A stretch of 64,000 nucleotides of DNA from positions 6,703-70,702 of the forward strand of contig CAIMDI010000010.1 in NCBI GenBank assembly GCA_903839695.1, written 5' to 3'. Shown piece by piece: positions 46,804 to 57,544 of the stretch (position 1 is the first letter of the stretch; every line of letters begins with the position of its first letter). The stretch comes from Candidatus Tayloriibacteriota bacterium. GTDB lineage: Bacteria; Patescibacteriota; Minisyncoccia; Phycocordibacterales; PALSA-1337. Under the pieces are notes generated by a model. The model worked only from the letters and a program-made list of their open reading frames with translations, had not been told where the DNA came from and did no database searches. The translations under genes were made by a program, and so were the position numbers.

Positions 46804-46874
46804 GGACGACTGTACTCATATCATACCAAACCTCTTCTTGTAGTCAACCCCTTAAATGATATATACTGTACGCA

Positions 46875-48656
46875 ATGTCATCTAATGTCGAAAAAATCAA
46901 GGAAAGACTAGGAATTGAAGAGGTAATTAGTTCATATATCAAGCTTGAAAAAGCCGGTAAAAACCTAAAGGGTAAATGCCCATTTCATAATGAAAAAACT
47001 GCGTCATTTTTCGTATCACCTGAAAGGGGAACATATCATTGTTTTGGGTGTTCGATGGGCGGGGACATCTTCAGTTTTGTAGAGCAATTTGAAGGTTTAG
47101 ACTTTATGGGATCATTAAAAATGCTTGCCGAAAGAGCTGGTGTTCAATTGGAATTTGATAAAGCAAATAATGAATACAAAACAGAAAAGGAAAAATTATT
47201 GGCAATTATGGAGGACGCCACAAAGTTTTTTGAAGCTGGATTACAAAGTTCTAAAGATGCACAAGAATATTTAAAAAAGAGAGGTATAAAATCAGAAACA
47301 GCAAAAGAGTTTCGTATAGGATATATTCCCGCAGATTGGAGATTGCTTTATACATATTTAAAAAATAAAAAATACGCAGATAATGAGATCGAAAAGGCGG
47401 GATTAATAAAGCGACCGGAAGAAATAGGTGGAGTAAAAAAAGAATATTACGATAGATTCCGTGGTCGTATTATGTTTCCCATTTCAGATTCTGGTGGACG
47501 TGTAATAGCATTTTCTGGAAGAATATTAATTGACGATGGTAAGTCTGCAAAATATTTAAATAGTCCTGATACGATTTTATTTAACAAAAGTACAGTTCTT
47601 TATGGCATAGATAAAGCTAAACAAACGATACGAATAAAAGATTATTCTATTTTAGTTGAAGGGCAGATGGATTTGGTACTTTCTCATCAGGCAGGCATAA
47701 AAAATACAGTGGCAGTGTCCGGAACTGCGCTCGCAGACTCTCTTGTTTCTAAAGATAATGTTGTAAATAATCTAGGAATTATAAAAAGACTTTCAAACAA
47801 TATTATCCTTGCTTTTGATTCTGATAATGCTGGTAGAAAAGCTGCAATGCGCTCTTCTGCAATTGCTCTTAGTCTTGGTATGGACGTAAAAATTGCCGAT
47901 TTACCAGATGGTAAGGACCCAGCTGATTTAGTATTAGCAAATGTTGAGTCTTGGAAGGATGTATTGCGTAATTCTAAACCTGTGGTAGAATTTCAAATTG
48001 ATACTGTGCTTAAAAAAATGACAGCTGCAAATCTTGACCTGAGGTTATTACCACAGGCATTGCGGGAAAATGTCCTTCCATTTATTGCTCCTCTAACTGG
48101 AGCGATGGAAAAAGCACACTATATAAAATTAATAAAAGAAAAAACCGGGCTTTCTGAAGAATCAATTCGAGAGGATTTGAGGAAAATAGAGGCGTCATTA
48201 AATGGTTTGGTCGCGGAAGTTCGCATGGCTGAAAAGCTTAAAGCGACAACGACTAGGCTAGACTCCATTATCAGAAAGTTGTTTGGTCTCATTTATTATT
48301 TAGAAAAAAACAATATACCTGGAATTGATGCAAAAAGTCACTTGACTAGCATCAAAAATATTTCAGGTGAAAGATATGAAAATATTATTAAAAGTATAGA
48401 GCCACATAAAGATGAATTATTATTAGAGGCCGAAGTGACTTTTAGTTTAGATAATAATAATTTAGCATCAGATTTGAATGAATTATTGTTAAATTTCGAA
48501 GAAGATATCGTTCGTCAGGAATTTTCAGAAACCATGTCGGAATTAGCAAAATCAGAAAGAGAGAAAGATGATCAAAAAGGTCAGGATTTAATGAAAAAAT
48601 GCCAAATACTAAGTATTAGACTATCAGAGTTGGCAAAAAGAAGAATTAAGATTTAA
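46875..48656 (+). CDS. dnaG: DNA primase
   Basis: CHC2 zinc finger CPFHNEKTASFFVSPERGTYHCFGC. TOPRIM region EGQMDLVLSH..FDSDNAGRKAA. Confidence 0.9.
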   Translation: MSSNVEKIKERLGIEEVISSYIKLEKAGKNLKGKCPFHNEKTASFFVSPERGTYHCFGCSMGGDIFSFVEQFEGLDFMGSLKMLAERAGVQLEFDKANNEYKTEKEKLLAIMEDATKFFEAGLQSSKDAQEYLKKRGIKSETAKEFRIGYIPADWRLLYTYLKNKKYADNEIEKAGLIKRPEEIGGVKKEYYDRFRGRIMFPISDSGGRVIAFSGRILIDDGKSAKYLNSPDTILFNKSTVLYGIDKAKQTIRIKDYSILVEGQMDLVLSHQAGIKNTVAVSGTALADSLVSKDNVVNNLGIIKRLSNNIILAFDSDNAGRKAAMRSSAIALSLGMDVKIADLPDGKDPADLVLANVESWKDVLRNSKPVVEFQIDTVLKKMTAANLDLRLLPQALRENVLPFIAPLTGAMEKAHYIKLIKEKTGLSEESIREDLRKIEASLNGLVAEVRMAEKLKATTTRLDSIIRKLFGLIYYLEKNNIPGIDAKSHLTSIKNISGERYENIIKSIEPHKDELLLEAEVTFSLDNNNLASDLNELLLNFEEDIVRQEFSETMSELAKSEREKDDQKGQDLMKKCQILSIRLSELAKRRIKI

Positions 48657-48668
48657 TTAATTAAAATT

Positions 48669-49883
48669 ATGAAAAAAACAAAAAAAATAATAAAGAAAAT
48701 AATTAAAACTAAAAAAACTAAAATTAAGTCAAAGAAAATTGCAAAAAAACCAGCAAAAAGTAAAGAAAAAAAGCCAGCAGGAGCAAAGCAAACTAAAAAC
48801 AAAGAATTTGAATTAAAGGCAAGTAAATTAACTGCAAAGGGAAAAGAAAGAGGCTTCGTCACATACGATGAAATTCTAAAGGAATTTCCAAACATAGAAA
48901 CAGATATTATGTTTTTGGATGATTTGTATTCAAAATTTTCAGTAGCTGGAATTGACGTTTTGGAAGGTGGAGGATTATTGGAAATGGAACCAACAGTTAC
49001 TCATGCACCAAAAAAATATTCATATGGAAGTAGTAGAAGCGCAGATTCTTCATACGATTCTATTCAAATGTATTTAAAGGAAATTGGACAGTTTTCTCTA
49101 ATTTCTGCATCAAATGAAAAAGAATTAGCAAAAAGAATACAGGCTGGAGACAGAGAAGCCAAAAATCTATTGGCACGTGCCAATCTCCGCCTTGTAGTTT
49201 CTATAGCAAAAAAATACGTAGGACGTTCTCCAGATTTAACTTTACTTGATTTGATTCAAGAGGGTAATTTGGGATTGTTCAAAGCCGTTGATAAATTTGA
49301 CTGGACAAAAGGTTACAAATTTTCTACTTATGCAACATGGTGGATACGTCAGGCTATAACTCGTGCATTGGCAGATCAAAGTCGAACTATTCGTGTTCCA
49401 GTACACATGGTGGAAACTATAGCAAAATACAAACAAGTCGTTCGTCGTTTGACTCAAGACCTTGGCCGAGATCCTTTACCTGAAGAAGTAGCAACAGAAA
49501 TGGGTCTTGATGTTGAAAAAATATACAATATAGAAAAAATTGATCAAAACGTCGCTTCTCTGGACGATCAAATAGGTGATGATAGTGATGATGGAAAATC
49601 TACATTAGGTGATTTTATTCCTGATGATAAAATTCTTTCTCCAGATCAAGAAAGTTCACGTAGAATTTTGCGAGATCAAGTTAATGAAATTCTTGATGAT
49701 CTTTCTGAAAAAGAAAAGAAAATTTTGGAAATGCGTCACGGACTAAATGACGGTATTACTCATACTTTGGAGGAGGTTGGAAAAGAGTTTGGTGTTACAA
49801 GAGAGCGTATACGTCAAATTGAAGCAAAGGCTCATGATAAGATTCGCCAACACGACAAAATAAATAGATTAAGAAATTATTAG
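48669..49883 (+). CDS. rpoD: RNA polymerase sigma-70 factor, with a K-rich N-terminal tail
   Basis: Region 1.2 [10 protein letters not shown]. Region 2 [36 protein letters not shown]. Region 4 [23 protein letters not shown]. It follows dnaG. Confidence 0.9.
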   Translation: MKKTKKIIKKIIKTKKTKIKSKKIAKKPAKSKEKKPAGAKQTKNKEFELKASKLTAKGKERGFVTYDEILKEFPNIETDIMFLDDLYSKFSVAGIDVLEGGGLLEMEPTVTHAPKKYSYGSSRSADSSYDSIQMYLKEIGQFSLISASNEKELAKRIQAGDREAKNLLARANLRLVVSIAKKYVGRSPDLTLLDLIQEGNLGLFKAVDKFDWTKGYKFSTYATWWIRQAITRALADQSRTIRVPVHMVETIAKYKQVVRRLTQDLGRDPLPEEVATEMGLDVEKIYNIEKIDQNVASLDDQIGDDSDDGKSTLGDFIPDDKILSPDQESSRRILRDQVNEILDDLSEKEKKILEMRHGLNDGITHTLEEVGKEFGVTRERIRQIEAKAHDKIRQHDKINRLRNY

Positions 49884-49898
49884 GGTTAAGAACGAATT

Positions 49899-52862
49899 TT
49901 GGGTTATAATAATTCAATGCAAAACTCCGAATTCGAAACTCTATACAAAAGATTAAATAAAGCACAAAAGGAAGCCGTCGATACTATAGATGGACCTGTT
50001 ATGGTTGTAGCTGGACCTGGTACAGGTAAAACCTCGATTCTAACTCTGCGTATAGCAAATATTCTCAAACAAACTGACGTTTCGCCAGAGAATATTCTTG
50101 CATTAACTTTTACTGAATCTGGTGCATATACCATGCGTAAAAAATTGGTAACTATAATAGGCACCGCTGGATACAAAGTAAATATAAACACTTTCCACGG
50201 ATTTTGTAATGAAATTATTAAACAGTATCCAGAAAGATTTCCAAGAATAATAGGTTCTTCAGCTATTACTGATATAGATCAAATAGAAATTGTAGAAAAA
50301 ATAATTAAAGGTAATGATGATAAAGATGCATTTGAGTACAAATTACTTAAGCCTTATGGTGATATTTTCTTTTATGTTAAGCCTGCACTTTCAGAAATAA
50401 AAAATTTAAAAAGGGAAGCCATAAGTGTAAATGATTTTGAGCAAATAATTTTCAATCAAGAGAAAGATTTTGACGAAATAGAAGAGAAAGTTCATATAAA
50501 GGGTGCTCATAAGGGAAAAATGAAGGGCGAATATATAAAATTAAAAGAAAGAATCGAAAAAAATAAAGAATTATTAAAGCTATATGCTGATTATGAAAAA
50601 GCTCTTATAAAAAATAAGTTCTACGATTTTGAGGATATGATTATTGAGGTGGTTAAAACATTAAAAAGCGATAATGATTTGTTATTAATGTTACAAGAAT
50701 CTTATCAGTATATTTTGGCTGATGAACATCAGGATGCAAATAATGCTCAAAATGCTATTTTAGAATTACTTTCAAATTTTCATGAAAATCCAAATCTATT
50801 TATAGTTGGAGATGATAAACAGGCTATTTTTAGATTCCAAGGTGCATCGATGGAGAATTTTTTATATTTCAAAAAACTTTATCCTTCTGCTGTTATTATA
50901 TATTTGGAAGAAAATTATAGATCTACCCAGCCTATTTTAGACGCGTCGCATTCATTGATTCAAAATAACAAAATGCCAAATGGTCATGAACACACAAAGC
51001 TTCTGTCAAAATTGGAAAAAGGAAAAGAGCCGATAAACATTGTTGAATGTTCAAATCAAAATTCAGAATATTTGTTTTTAACAAATGATATCAAACAAAA
51101 AATCGAAAAGGGTGTTAAAGCTGAAGAAATTGCTATTTTATACAGAGATAATAAAGATGCTTTTCCAATAGCCCAGATTTTTGATAAGGCGGGTATACCG
51201 TTTAGAATTGAAAGTGATAATGACATTTTAAAAGATGAAAATATAAGAAAATTGTTGATAATTTTTGAGTCCATTAATGATTTAAATAATGAGGAAAGGT
51301 TAGCTAAATTATTATTCATAGATTTTCTTGGCTTAAGAGTTATTGATATATACAAGACATTTGAAAGTGTAAAAAAAGAAAAAGCTAAACTAATTGATAT
51401 TGTAGAAAGGGAATTTCCAGAAATATTTAGAAAAATATCATCATGGTCTAGTTATTCCCACAATAAATCTTTTATTGAATTATTTGAAATTATAGTGCGT
51501 GAATCTGGATACCTTGAATTTGTATTATCAAATACAAATTCATTGGAAATGATGAAAACTTTGGATTTGTTTTTTGGTGAATTAAAAAAGATGGCTGGAG
51601 CAAAAAAAGAATATTACTTAAAAGATCTAGTGATGCATTTAGAACGTGTGAGAGAGCATGGTATTTTAACCAAATCAGGTAAAGTTATAGTAAAAGACGG
51701 GATTAGGCTCATGACAGCTCATAAGTCTAAAGGTTTAGAATTTGATTTTGTATATGTTATTGGTGCTTACGATGGACATTGGGGAAATAAGACCAAAAGA
51801 ACCTTTTTCCATACAATGATAATGGCGGATACAAATTCTGATACAAGTGGAAACATTGACGATGAAAGACGATTATTTTACGTTGCTATTACGCGTGCAA
51901 GAAAAGCTGTATACATAACATATTCTAAAGAAAATAATGAAGGTAAGGAATTATTGCCGGCACAATTTATAAGTGAAATTTCAGATGAATATAAAAATCA
52001 GCAATATCAAAATGCATCAAACGACACATTAGCGATTTTTAAAGAATCAATAGTTCATGAACATCATGAAATTCAGAATAAAGAATATTTACAAAATTTA
52101 TTTTTGGAACAGGGACTGTCAGTAACAGCCTTAAATAATTATCTAAAATGCCCATGGGAATATTTTTTTGTAAATTTAATACGTTTACCAAGAGTGCAAT
52201 CAAAACATCAAATGTACGGAACAGCTATTCACGAAACATTAAAAATATTTTTTGATAAGTATAAGGAAGAACAAGATATGAATAAGGATGATTTATTGGA
52301 TTTATTTGAGTATAATCTCAAAAAAGCATTGCTATCCCATACAGACTATATAGATAGCCTAAATAAGGGTAAACAAGCCCTAAATGCCTATTTTGAGGCA
52401 TATAACGGCCTTTGGAATAGATCATTAATCACAGAATACAGCATTCGAGGAGTTCATTTGAATGTTGGGTCTTTTGATCTGCTTTTAAAGGGACAATTAG
52501 ACAAAATAGAGTTAATAAATGAAAAGGATGTAAATGTCGTTGACTTTAAAACAGGTAAAAAGAAAACAGAAAGTAAAGAAAATTATCATAGACAATTAAT
52601 CTTTTATAAATTGCTATTAAGCTTAGATGATAAAAAAAGATTCAATATGATTTCTGGTGAACTTGATTTTATAGAGGCAGATTCTAAGGGAAAATTTGCG
52701 AAGGATAAATTTGAAATCATAAATACTGAAGTTGAGGAATTAACAAATCTCCTAAAACAAAAGGCGAATGAAATTTACAATTTAGAATTTATGAATATGA
52801 AATGCGACGATAAAGATTGTGAATATTGTAAATTAAGTAAATCCCTAGTAAGCAAAAAATAG
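49899..52862 (+). CDS. UvrD/PcrA-family helicase fused to a C-terminal RecB-like PD-(D/E)xK nuclease domain
   Basis: Walker A AGPGTGKTS. The helicase motifs ending FYVAITRARKAVYITYS. Then a nuclease region GSFDLLLKGQLDKIE..VVDFKTGKK..YHRQLIFYKLLL, and a C-terminal Cys cluster CDDKDCEYC. Confidence 0.75.
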   Translation: MGYNNSMQNSEFETLYKRLNKAQKEAVDTIDGPVMVVAGPGTGKTSILTLRIANILKQTDVSPENILALTFTESGAYTMRKKLVTIIGTAGYKVNINTFHGFCNEIIKQYPERFPRIIGSSAITDIDQIEIVEKIIKGNDDKDAFEYKLLKPYGDIFFYVKPALSEIKNLKREAISVNDFEQIIFNQEKDFDEIEEKVHIKGAHKGKMKGEYIKLKERIEKNKELLKLYADYEKALIKNKFYDFEDMIIEVVKTLKSDNDLLLMLQESYQYILADEHQDANNAQNAILELLSNFHENPNLFIVGDDKQAIFRFQGASMENFLYFKKLYPSAVIIYLEENYRSTQPILDASHSLIQNNKMPNGHEHTKLLSKLEKGKEPINIVECSNQNSEYLFLTNDIKQKIEKGVKAEEIAILYRDNKDAFPIAQIFDKAGIPFRIESDNDILKDENIRKLLIIFESINDLNNEERLAKLLFIDFLGLRVIDIYKTFESVKKEKAKLIDIVEREFPEIFRKISSWSSYSHNKSFIELFEIIVRESGYLEFVLSNTNSLEMMKTLDLFFGELKKMAGAKKEYYLKDLVMHLERVREHGILTKSGKVIVKDGIRLMTAHKSKGLEFDFVYVIGAYDGHWGNKTKRTFFHTMIMADTNSDTSGNIDDERRLFYVAITRARKAVYITYSKENNEGKELLPAQFISEISDEYKNQQYQNASNDTLAIFKESIVHEHHEIQNKEYLQNLFLEQGLSVTALNNYLKCPWEYFFVNLIRLPRVQSKHQMYGTAIHETLKIFFDKYKEEQDMNKDDLLDLFEYNLKKALLSHTDYIDSLNKGKQALNAYFEAYNGLWNRSLITEYSIRGVHLNVGSFDLLLKGQLDKIELINEKDVNVVDFKTGKKKTESKENYHRQLIFYKLLLSLDDKKRFNMISGELDFIEADSKGKFAKDKFEIINTEVEELTNLLKQKANEIYNLEFMNMKCDDKDCEYCKLSKSLVSKK

Positions 52863-53693
52863 ATTTAGAGTAGCTTTTATCGTTTCGATTGGCAAAGCTC
52901 CCATCATAATAATCATTTTTGAATCGGCACTTATTCTTATAGGATATTCGCCAGTTGGACCTTTGAAAGGTTCATATAAATTCATTAATTTTTCTTTAAC
53001 TGAAGCTGGAAATGCCGTATCTAATACAATAATACTTGAAGGTGTTCCATCTATACCTACATTTAACCCCTCAACAATATTTTTTTCTATATAATCCTTA
53101 AACTTTCCTGTTGAAAGACAATTGTTGAAATCATCAACATTTAATCCTACAAATTGAGCGATTTTAGGTAATTCTTTTTGATCAAGACCTTTTGGTGATG
53201 ATTTTGTTACAGAAGGAGTTATTTCATAAAGTCTATTGGCATACAACCAGAATTTTTCATTTCCACCGAGTGAACCGGCACATTCCATGGCTGAAGATTC
53301 GTTTATAGCATTTGGATGAGGTATTTCGCCATTTATATTTTCTTTACCTAGCAATGGATAACTTCTATATACCCAAGCAACATTTCCAGAAGGACCATAA
53401 TCACTCATGATTTTTCGCATAGTATTGTGAAAGACTTTACAATATGGACATGAAGGATCTGAGTATTCGATTAGTTTAACTTTAGCATTTGGATTTCCTA
53501 TAACATGATCAGAATCAGAAATACTTTTTACATTTACTTCAAAAGAAGTTTGTTTAACTAAGGTTTTGGTGTCAGATGGGGATTGAGTTCTAGTAAAAAT
53601 AATTGCTAATGCAACAATGGCACCAGCCACAACTATTGCTGTTGGGATATTTAGAATATTATTAGTTTCCTTAGAGTCTTGTGTTGATTCCAT
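52845..53693 (-). CDS. DsbA-like thiol:disulfide oxidoreductase (membrane-anchored thioredoxin fold)
   Basis: N-terminal TM. CPYC active site within KVKLIEYSDPSCPYCKVFH. Confidence 0.7.
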   Translation of the reverse strand: MESTQDSKETNNILNIPTAIVVAGAIVALAIIFTRTQSPSDTKTLVKQTSFEVNVKSISDSDHVIGNPNAKVKLIEYSDPSCPYCKVFHNTMRKIMSDYGPSGNVAWVYRSYPLLGKENINGEIPHPNAINESSAMECAGSLGGNEKFWLYANRLYEITPSVTKSSPKGLDQKELPKIAQFVGLNVDDFNNCLSTGKFKDYIEKNIVEGLNVGIDGTPSSIIVLDTAFPASVKEKLMNLYEPFKGPTGEYPIRISADSKMIIMMGALPIETIKATLNLFFAY

Positions 53694-53731
53694 ATTATGT
53701 TATGTTTATATTAATAAATTAATTATATCAT

Positions 53732-54454
53732 ATGATTATACTTTTAATAGCAATTGGTGCGTTCATTGCAACACTTGTTGGAGGCTTATTAGCATTACGT
53801 TTTAAAGACAAATTACATTTAGTAATAGGATTTAGTGCCGGTGCACTTTTGGGTGTGGCGTTTTTTGATTTATTGCCTGAGGCTATAGAGCTTGCGGGAC
53901 CATCTTTTGATGTATCATTCGTTACCTCATGCGTAGCCCTTGGTTTTGTGATTTATATGATAGTTGATAGATTTATTGCTCCTCATCATGGAGTTGATGA
54001 TCATTGTGAAAATGAAAATCACAGAGGACGCTTGGGTGCTGGTAGTCTATCATTTCATAGTTTTATTGATGGCATGGCTATTGGTTTAGCTTTTCAAGTT
54101 TCTACAGCAGTGGGTGCCATAGTTACCACAGCTGTTTTGGTGCACGATTTCTCTGATGGAATAAATACTATTAGTCTTATACTAAAAAATGGTGGAAGTA
54201 AAAAGGAAGCATTAAAATGGCTTTTTGTTGATGCCGCTGCACCTGTTTTAGGTATTATCGTCTCAAGTTTTATGGTTTTATCAGGACCAAATCTTGGTTT
54301 ATTACTAGCTGTTTTTTGTGGATTCTTTTTGTATTTAGGGGCAAGTGATTTATTACCTGAAAGTCATCATCAACATCCTACTATTTGGACAACTTTCATG
54401 ACTGTGCTGGGTGTTGCTGTATTATTTCTGGCGATAAAATTTGCTGGAGTATAA
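53732..54454 (+). CDS. ZIP-family divalent metal (Zn/Fe) transporter
   Basis: 8 TM. HSFIDGMAIG and HDFSDG motifs. His-rich loop HHGVDDHCENENH. Confidence 0.75.
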   Translation: MIILLIAIGAFIATLVGGLLALRFKDKLHLVIGFSAGALLGVAFFDLLPEAIELAGPSFDVSFVTSCVALGFVIYMIVDRFIAPHHGVDDHCENENHRGRLGAGSLSFHSFIDGMAIGLAFQVSTAVGAIVTTAVLVHDFSDGINTISLILKNGGSKKEALKWLFVDAAAPVLGIIVSSFMVLSGPNLGLLLAVFCGFFLYLGASDLLPESHHQHPTIWTTFMTVLGVAVLFLAIKFAGV

Positions 54455-54456
54455 AA

Positions 54457-55041
54457 CTAGAAAGGTAAAGTATAGGTGATTATGTTCTCGTCTTTCTTTT
54501 CCCAGTTTTCTGTATTTAGTTTGATATCTAAAATTTTTCCTCCCGGCCCAAAATCCTTATATTTTAATATTCCATTTTTCATAGCATAATCATAGACTTC
54601 TTTTGTAATCTTTACATCATCAATACAATATTTGATTATTTTATCTATTTCCCCATTTTTCCACCATGTTACAGCCTCGAGTCCATGACCACTTTTTTTA
54701 ACTCCCAAAGTTGCTTCGGCTATAGTATCCAATTTTATTCTTCTTCCGAGGGAATTTTTGACTTCTACAAGCAAATCAAGGCTTTTGATTTTTGTTAAAT
54801 CTCCAGAATAGTATTTGTTTAAAAGTGGAATATCAAAATGATCACCATTGAAGGTTATAAACATATCTGCTTGCTCTAATATGGGCCACAATTTAGCAAA
54901 ATCTTCTTGTAAATAGCTGGAGTATTGATCAGTTGCGGAGTCATGTATACATACAACAGAAATATCTAAAGCTGTAGAATCTGTAGAATTTACATCTTGA
55001 AATAGATTTCTTGTTTCAATGTCAAAAGTTATTTTTCTCAT
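54457..55041 (-). CDS. RNase H-like fold 3'-5' exonuclease family protein (YprB/PolB-exonuclease-like)
   Basis: FDIET...(acidic) ...FNGDHFDIPLL...YCIDDV pattern of DEDD-type RNase H-like exonucleases. Confidence 0.5.
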   Translation of the reverse strand: MRKITFDIETRNLFQDVNSTDSTALDISVVCIHDSATDQYSSYLQEDFAKLWPILEQADMFITFNGDHFDIPLLNKYYSGDLTKIKSLDLLVEVKNSLGRRIKLDTIAEATLGVKKSGHGLEAVTWWKNGEIDKIIKYCIDDVKITKEVYDYAMKNGILKYKDFGPGGKILDIKLNTENWEKKDENIITYTLPF

Positions 55042-55057
55042 GATGAATGGTAATTAG

Positions 55058-56344
55058 CTATAATTCAATAGTATCAATAGTAAACATCTTTTCCTCACCA
55101 GTTGCTAGATTTTTTAATTTGAAATTACCAGTTTTTACTTCTTCTTCGCCTATGCAAATAACATTTGGAATATGAATTTTGTCTGCATTTCGTATTTGAT
55201 CACCAATTTTTCTAAATGAAAAATCAATTGAAGTTTTTATATTTTTTTCACGCAGACTTTGTGCTAATTCTTGGCCATATTCTGCAAAATCTTTGTTTAG
55301 TAAACAAATATATACATCCGCAGGTAAAATAGATTCTTGCTTGATTACATTTCCATATGTTTCAAGTAAATCACGAGCAACAACATCTCCAGCACCAAAT
55401 CCAAACGCTGAAACTTTTTCGCCTTCAAAAATAGATAATAAATCATCATATCTACCACCACCAAATACTGATCTACGGTTTTCTGGATTTTTGTCAAAAA
55501 CTTCAAATACAATTCCTGTGTAATAATCAAAACCACGCATAAGTGTTTGATCAAAACGAGTATTAGTAATTCCAAGTTTCTCCAAAGCATTTATAACTTC
55601 TTTTATTTCCTTCAAGCCTTTATGCTCTTCTTTAGTTTGTCTTAGATTTGTTGTAAATTCCGCGAAATTTTGAGATGAAATAAGTGTTAGGAATTGTTGG
55701 CTTTTCTCATTTAAAATTTCTTCAGCAAGCATTACAAATGTTTCAGCTGGAATTTTATTCTTTTTATCAATTAGCTTTGAAATTTTCTTCGATTTATCTT
55801 CGTCTAGATTAAATACTTCTTTGGTTACATAATTCATTAATTGGCGATTGTTTATTCTTATTTCGAAGTCTGTAGGCTTAAGTCCATAAGCGCATGTTAT
55901 GTCGTATGCCATTTGAATTACTTCAATTTCTGCTTGAATATTATCTACACCAAATATATCTACGTTTAATTGCCAATGCTCACGTAATCTTCCTCTCTGG
56001 GGTTGTTCATAACGAAATAGATTGGGAATTGAAAACCAACGAAGTGGAAAGGCTAATTCACGCTTCTTGGCAGATACCATTCTAGCTACTGATGGTGTCA
56101 TTTCTGGACGTAAAGTAACCTCACGATCACCACGATCGATAAAAGTATAAGTTTGTTCATTGACTATTTCTTCTCCAGATTTTGCTTTGTAAAGATCAGC
56201 AGGTTCTATAACAGATGCAGAATATTCCTGATAACCATATTTTTGTGCTACACTTTTCCAAATAGTAAATATTTGGTTTTGAATAGCCATGTCATTTGGA
56301 TAAAAATCCCGAACGCCCTTGTATGGATCAATTGATAATTTCAT
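55058..56344 (-). CDS. hisS: histidine--tRNA ligase
   Basis: KGVRDFYPNDMAIQNQIF..TYTFIDRGDREVTLRPEMT..RWFSIPNLFRYE..GGGRYDDL are the class II HisRS motifs. The start was taken at MKLSID. Confidence 0.9.
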   Translation of the reverse strand: MKLSIDPYKGVRDFYPNDMAIQNQIFTIWKSVAQKYGYQEYSASVIEPADLYKAKSGEEIVNEQTYTFIDRGDREVTLRPEMTPSVARMVSAKKRELAFPLRWFSIPNLFRYEQPQRGRLREHWQLNVDIFGVDNIQAEIEVIQMAYDITCAYGLKPTDFEIRINNRQLMNYVTKEVFNLDEDKSKKISKLIDKKNKIPAETFVMLAEEILNEKSQQFLTLISSQNFAEFTTNLRQTKEEHKGLKEIKEVINALEKLGITNTRFDQTLMRGFDYYTGIVFEVFDKNPENRRSVFGGGRYDDLLSIFEGEKVSAFGFGAGDVVARDLLETYGNVIKQESILPADVYICLLNKDFAEYGQELAQSLREKNIKTSIDFSFRKIGDQIRNADKIHIPNVICIGEEEVKTGNFKLKNLATGEEKMFTIDTIEL

Positions 56345-56365
56345 AAATATTATTATATCAAAAAA

Positions 56366-57061
56366 ATGCAAAAAGTCATTATTACAAACAAAAATATTGG
56401 AGAAACACCACTTGAATGTCTCGAGAGGATTCGCATTGAATATGTTATAGCTTCGGATGTTCCCATGACTTATGCTGGACGTTTGGATCCTTTGGCTGAG
56501 GGGGAATTAATAATACTTGTGGGTGATGAATGTAAGAACAAAGAAAAGTATTTGGGTTTTGATAAAGAATACGAAATTGATGTGCTTTTTGGTATTTCTA
56601 CAGATACATATGATGTTTTAGGTATGATTGATGGTGTGAAGATCGCTGAGATTGGTGAAATTGATTTAAATAAATACATTGGAAAGTTTAAACAAGAATA
56701 CCCTAGATATTCTTCTCGTATTATAGCCATGAAAGAAGTTCCAGAGGAAATGCCAACAAAAGATATTGAAATATATTCAATTGAAAATTTAGAAAAAAGA
56801 GAAATGACTGGCGCAGAAGTACTGAAGCAAGTAAAAGAGAATATATCTTTGGTAAAAGGAGATTTTAGACAAAGAGAAATAGTGGAGAAATGGGCGGAAG
56901 TAATTTCTAATGAGCTGGCTGTTGCGAATTTTCCTATTTTAAAATTAAAAGTTAAATGTTCAAGCGGAACATATATGCGAAGTTTGGCAAAGAGAATTGG
57001 AGAAGATGAAGGAACTGTGGCATTGGCAATGGGTATAAAACGAACAAAGATATTTTATTAA
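56366..57061 (+). CDS. truB: tRNA pseudouridine(55) synthase
   Basis: AGRLDPLAEGELIILVG (catalytic Asp), KEY motif, CSSGTYMRSLAKRIGE. Confidence 0.85.
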   Translation: MQKVIITNKNIGETPLECLERIRIEYVIASDVPMTYAGRLDPLAEGELIILVGDECKNKEKYLGFDKEYEIDVLFGISTDTYDVLGMIDGVKIAEIGEIDLNKYIGKFKQEYPRYSSRIIAMKEVPEEMPTKDIEIYSIENLEKREMTGAEVLKQVKENISLVKGDFRQREIVEKWAEVISNELAVANFPILKLKVKCSSGTYMRSLAKRIGEDEGTVALAMGIKRTKIFY

Positions 57062-57154
57062 TTTGTCATTTACACTATTAATATTTTATTCTGCAATGGT
57101 GTTTTTTCATTAAATCTTTAAAACTTCTTAAGAACTATTTGTTACGGTGTGGGG

Positions 57155-57544
57155 ATGGATAAAGAAAAACATAGAAATTTTGTAAAAAACGCAAAAAATG
57201 AATATAAAAATATTAACAAGATTATTTGTCCGGCTTTTGGTAATGAATTTGTATACTTTAATCAAAAAGGTTTTAAACATTTGGTCATGAAGAAAGGTAA
57301 ATATCGGACAATAAGTGAACAAATAAGAAGATTAAAATTGATACCTGAAATTGTCTCAGTAATATCTAATGCAATTGAGTTTAGTTCTTATCGTAATAGC
57401 TTTGGCATAGATTTCTGGTCAATATCTAAAATCGTTAATGGTATTATAATTATTGTGGTTATAAGACAAAATAGTGTAGATAAGCACAAGTATTTTTTAA
57501 GTGTAATGGACAAGGTGATATATAAAAACGCAAAAGCCCCCTAA
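57155..57544 (+). CDS. hypothetical protein
   Basis: 130-aa ORF with no recognisable motif. It lies between truB and rpsA. Confidence 0.3.
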   Translation: MDKEKHRNFVKNAKNEYKNINKIICPAFGNEFVYFNQKGFKHLVMKKGKYRTISEQIRRLKLIPEIVSVISNAIEFSSYRNSFGIDFWSISKIVNGIIIIVVIRQNSVDKHKYFLSVMDKVIYKNAKAP

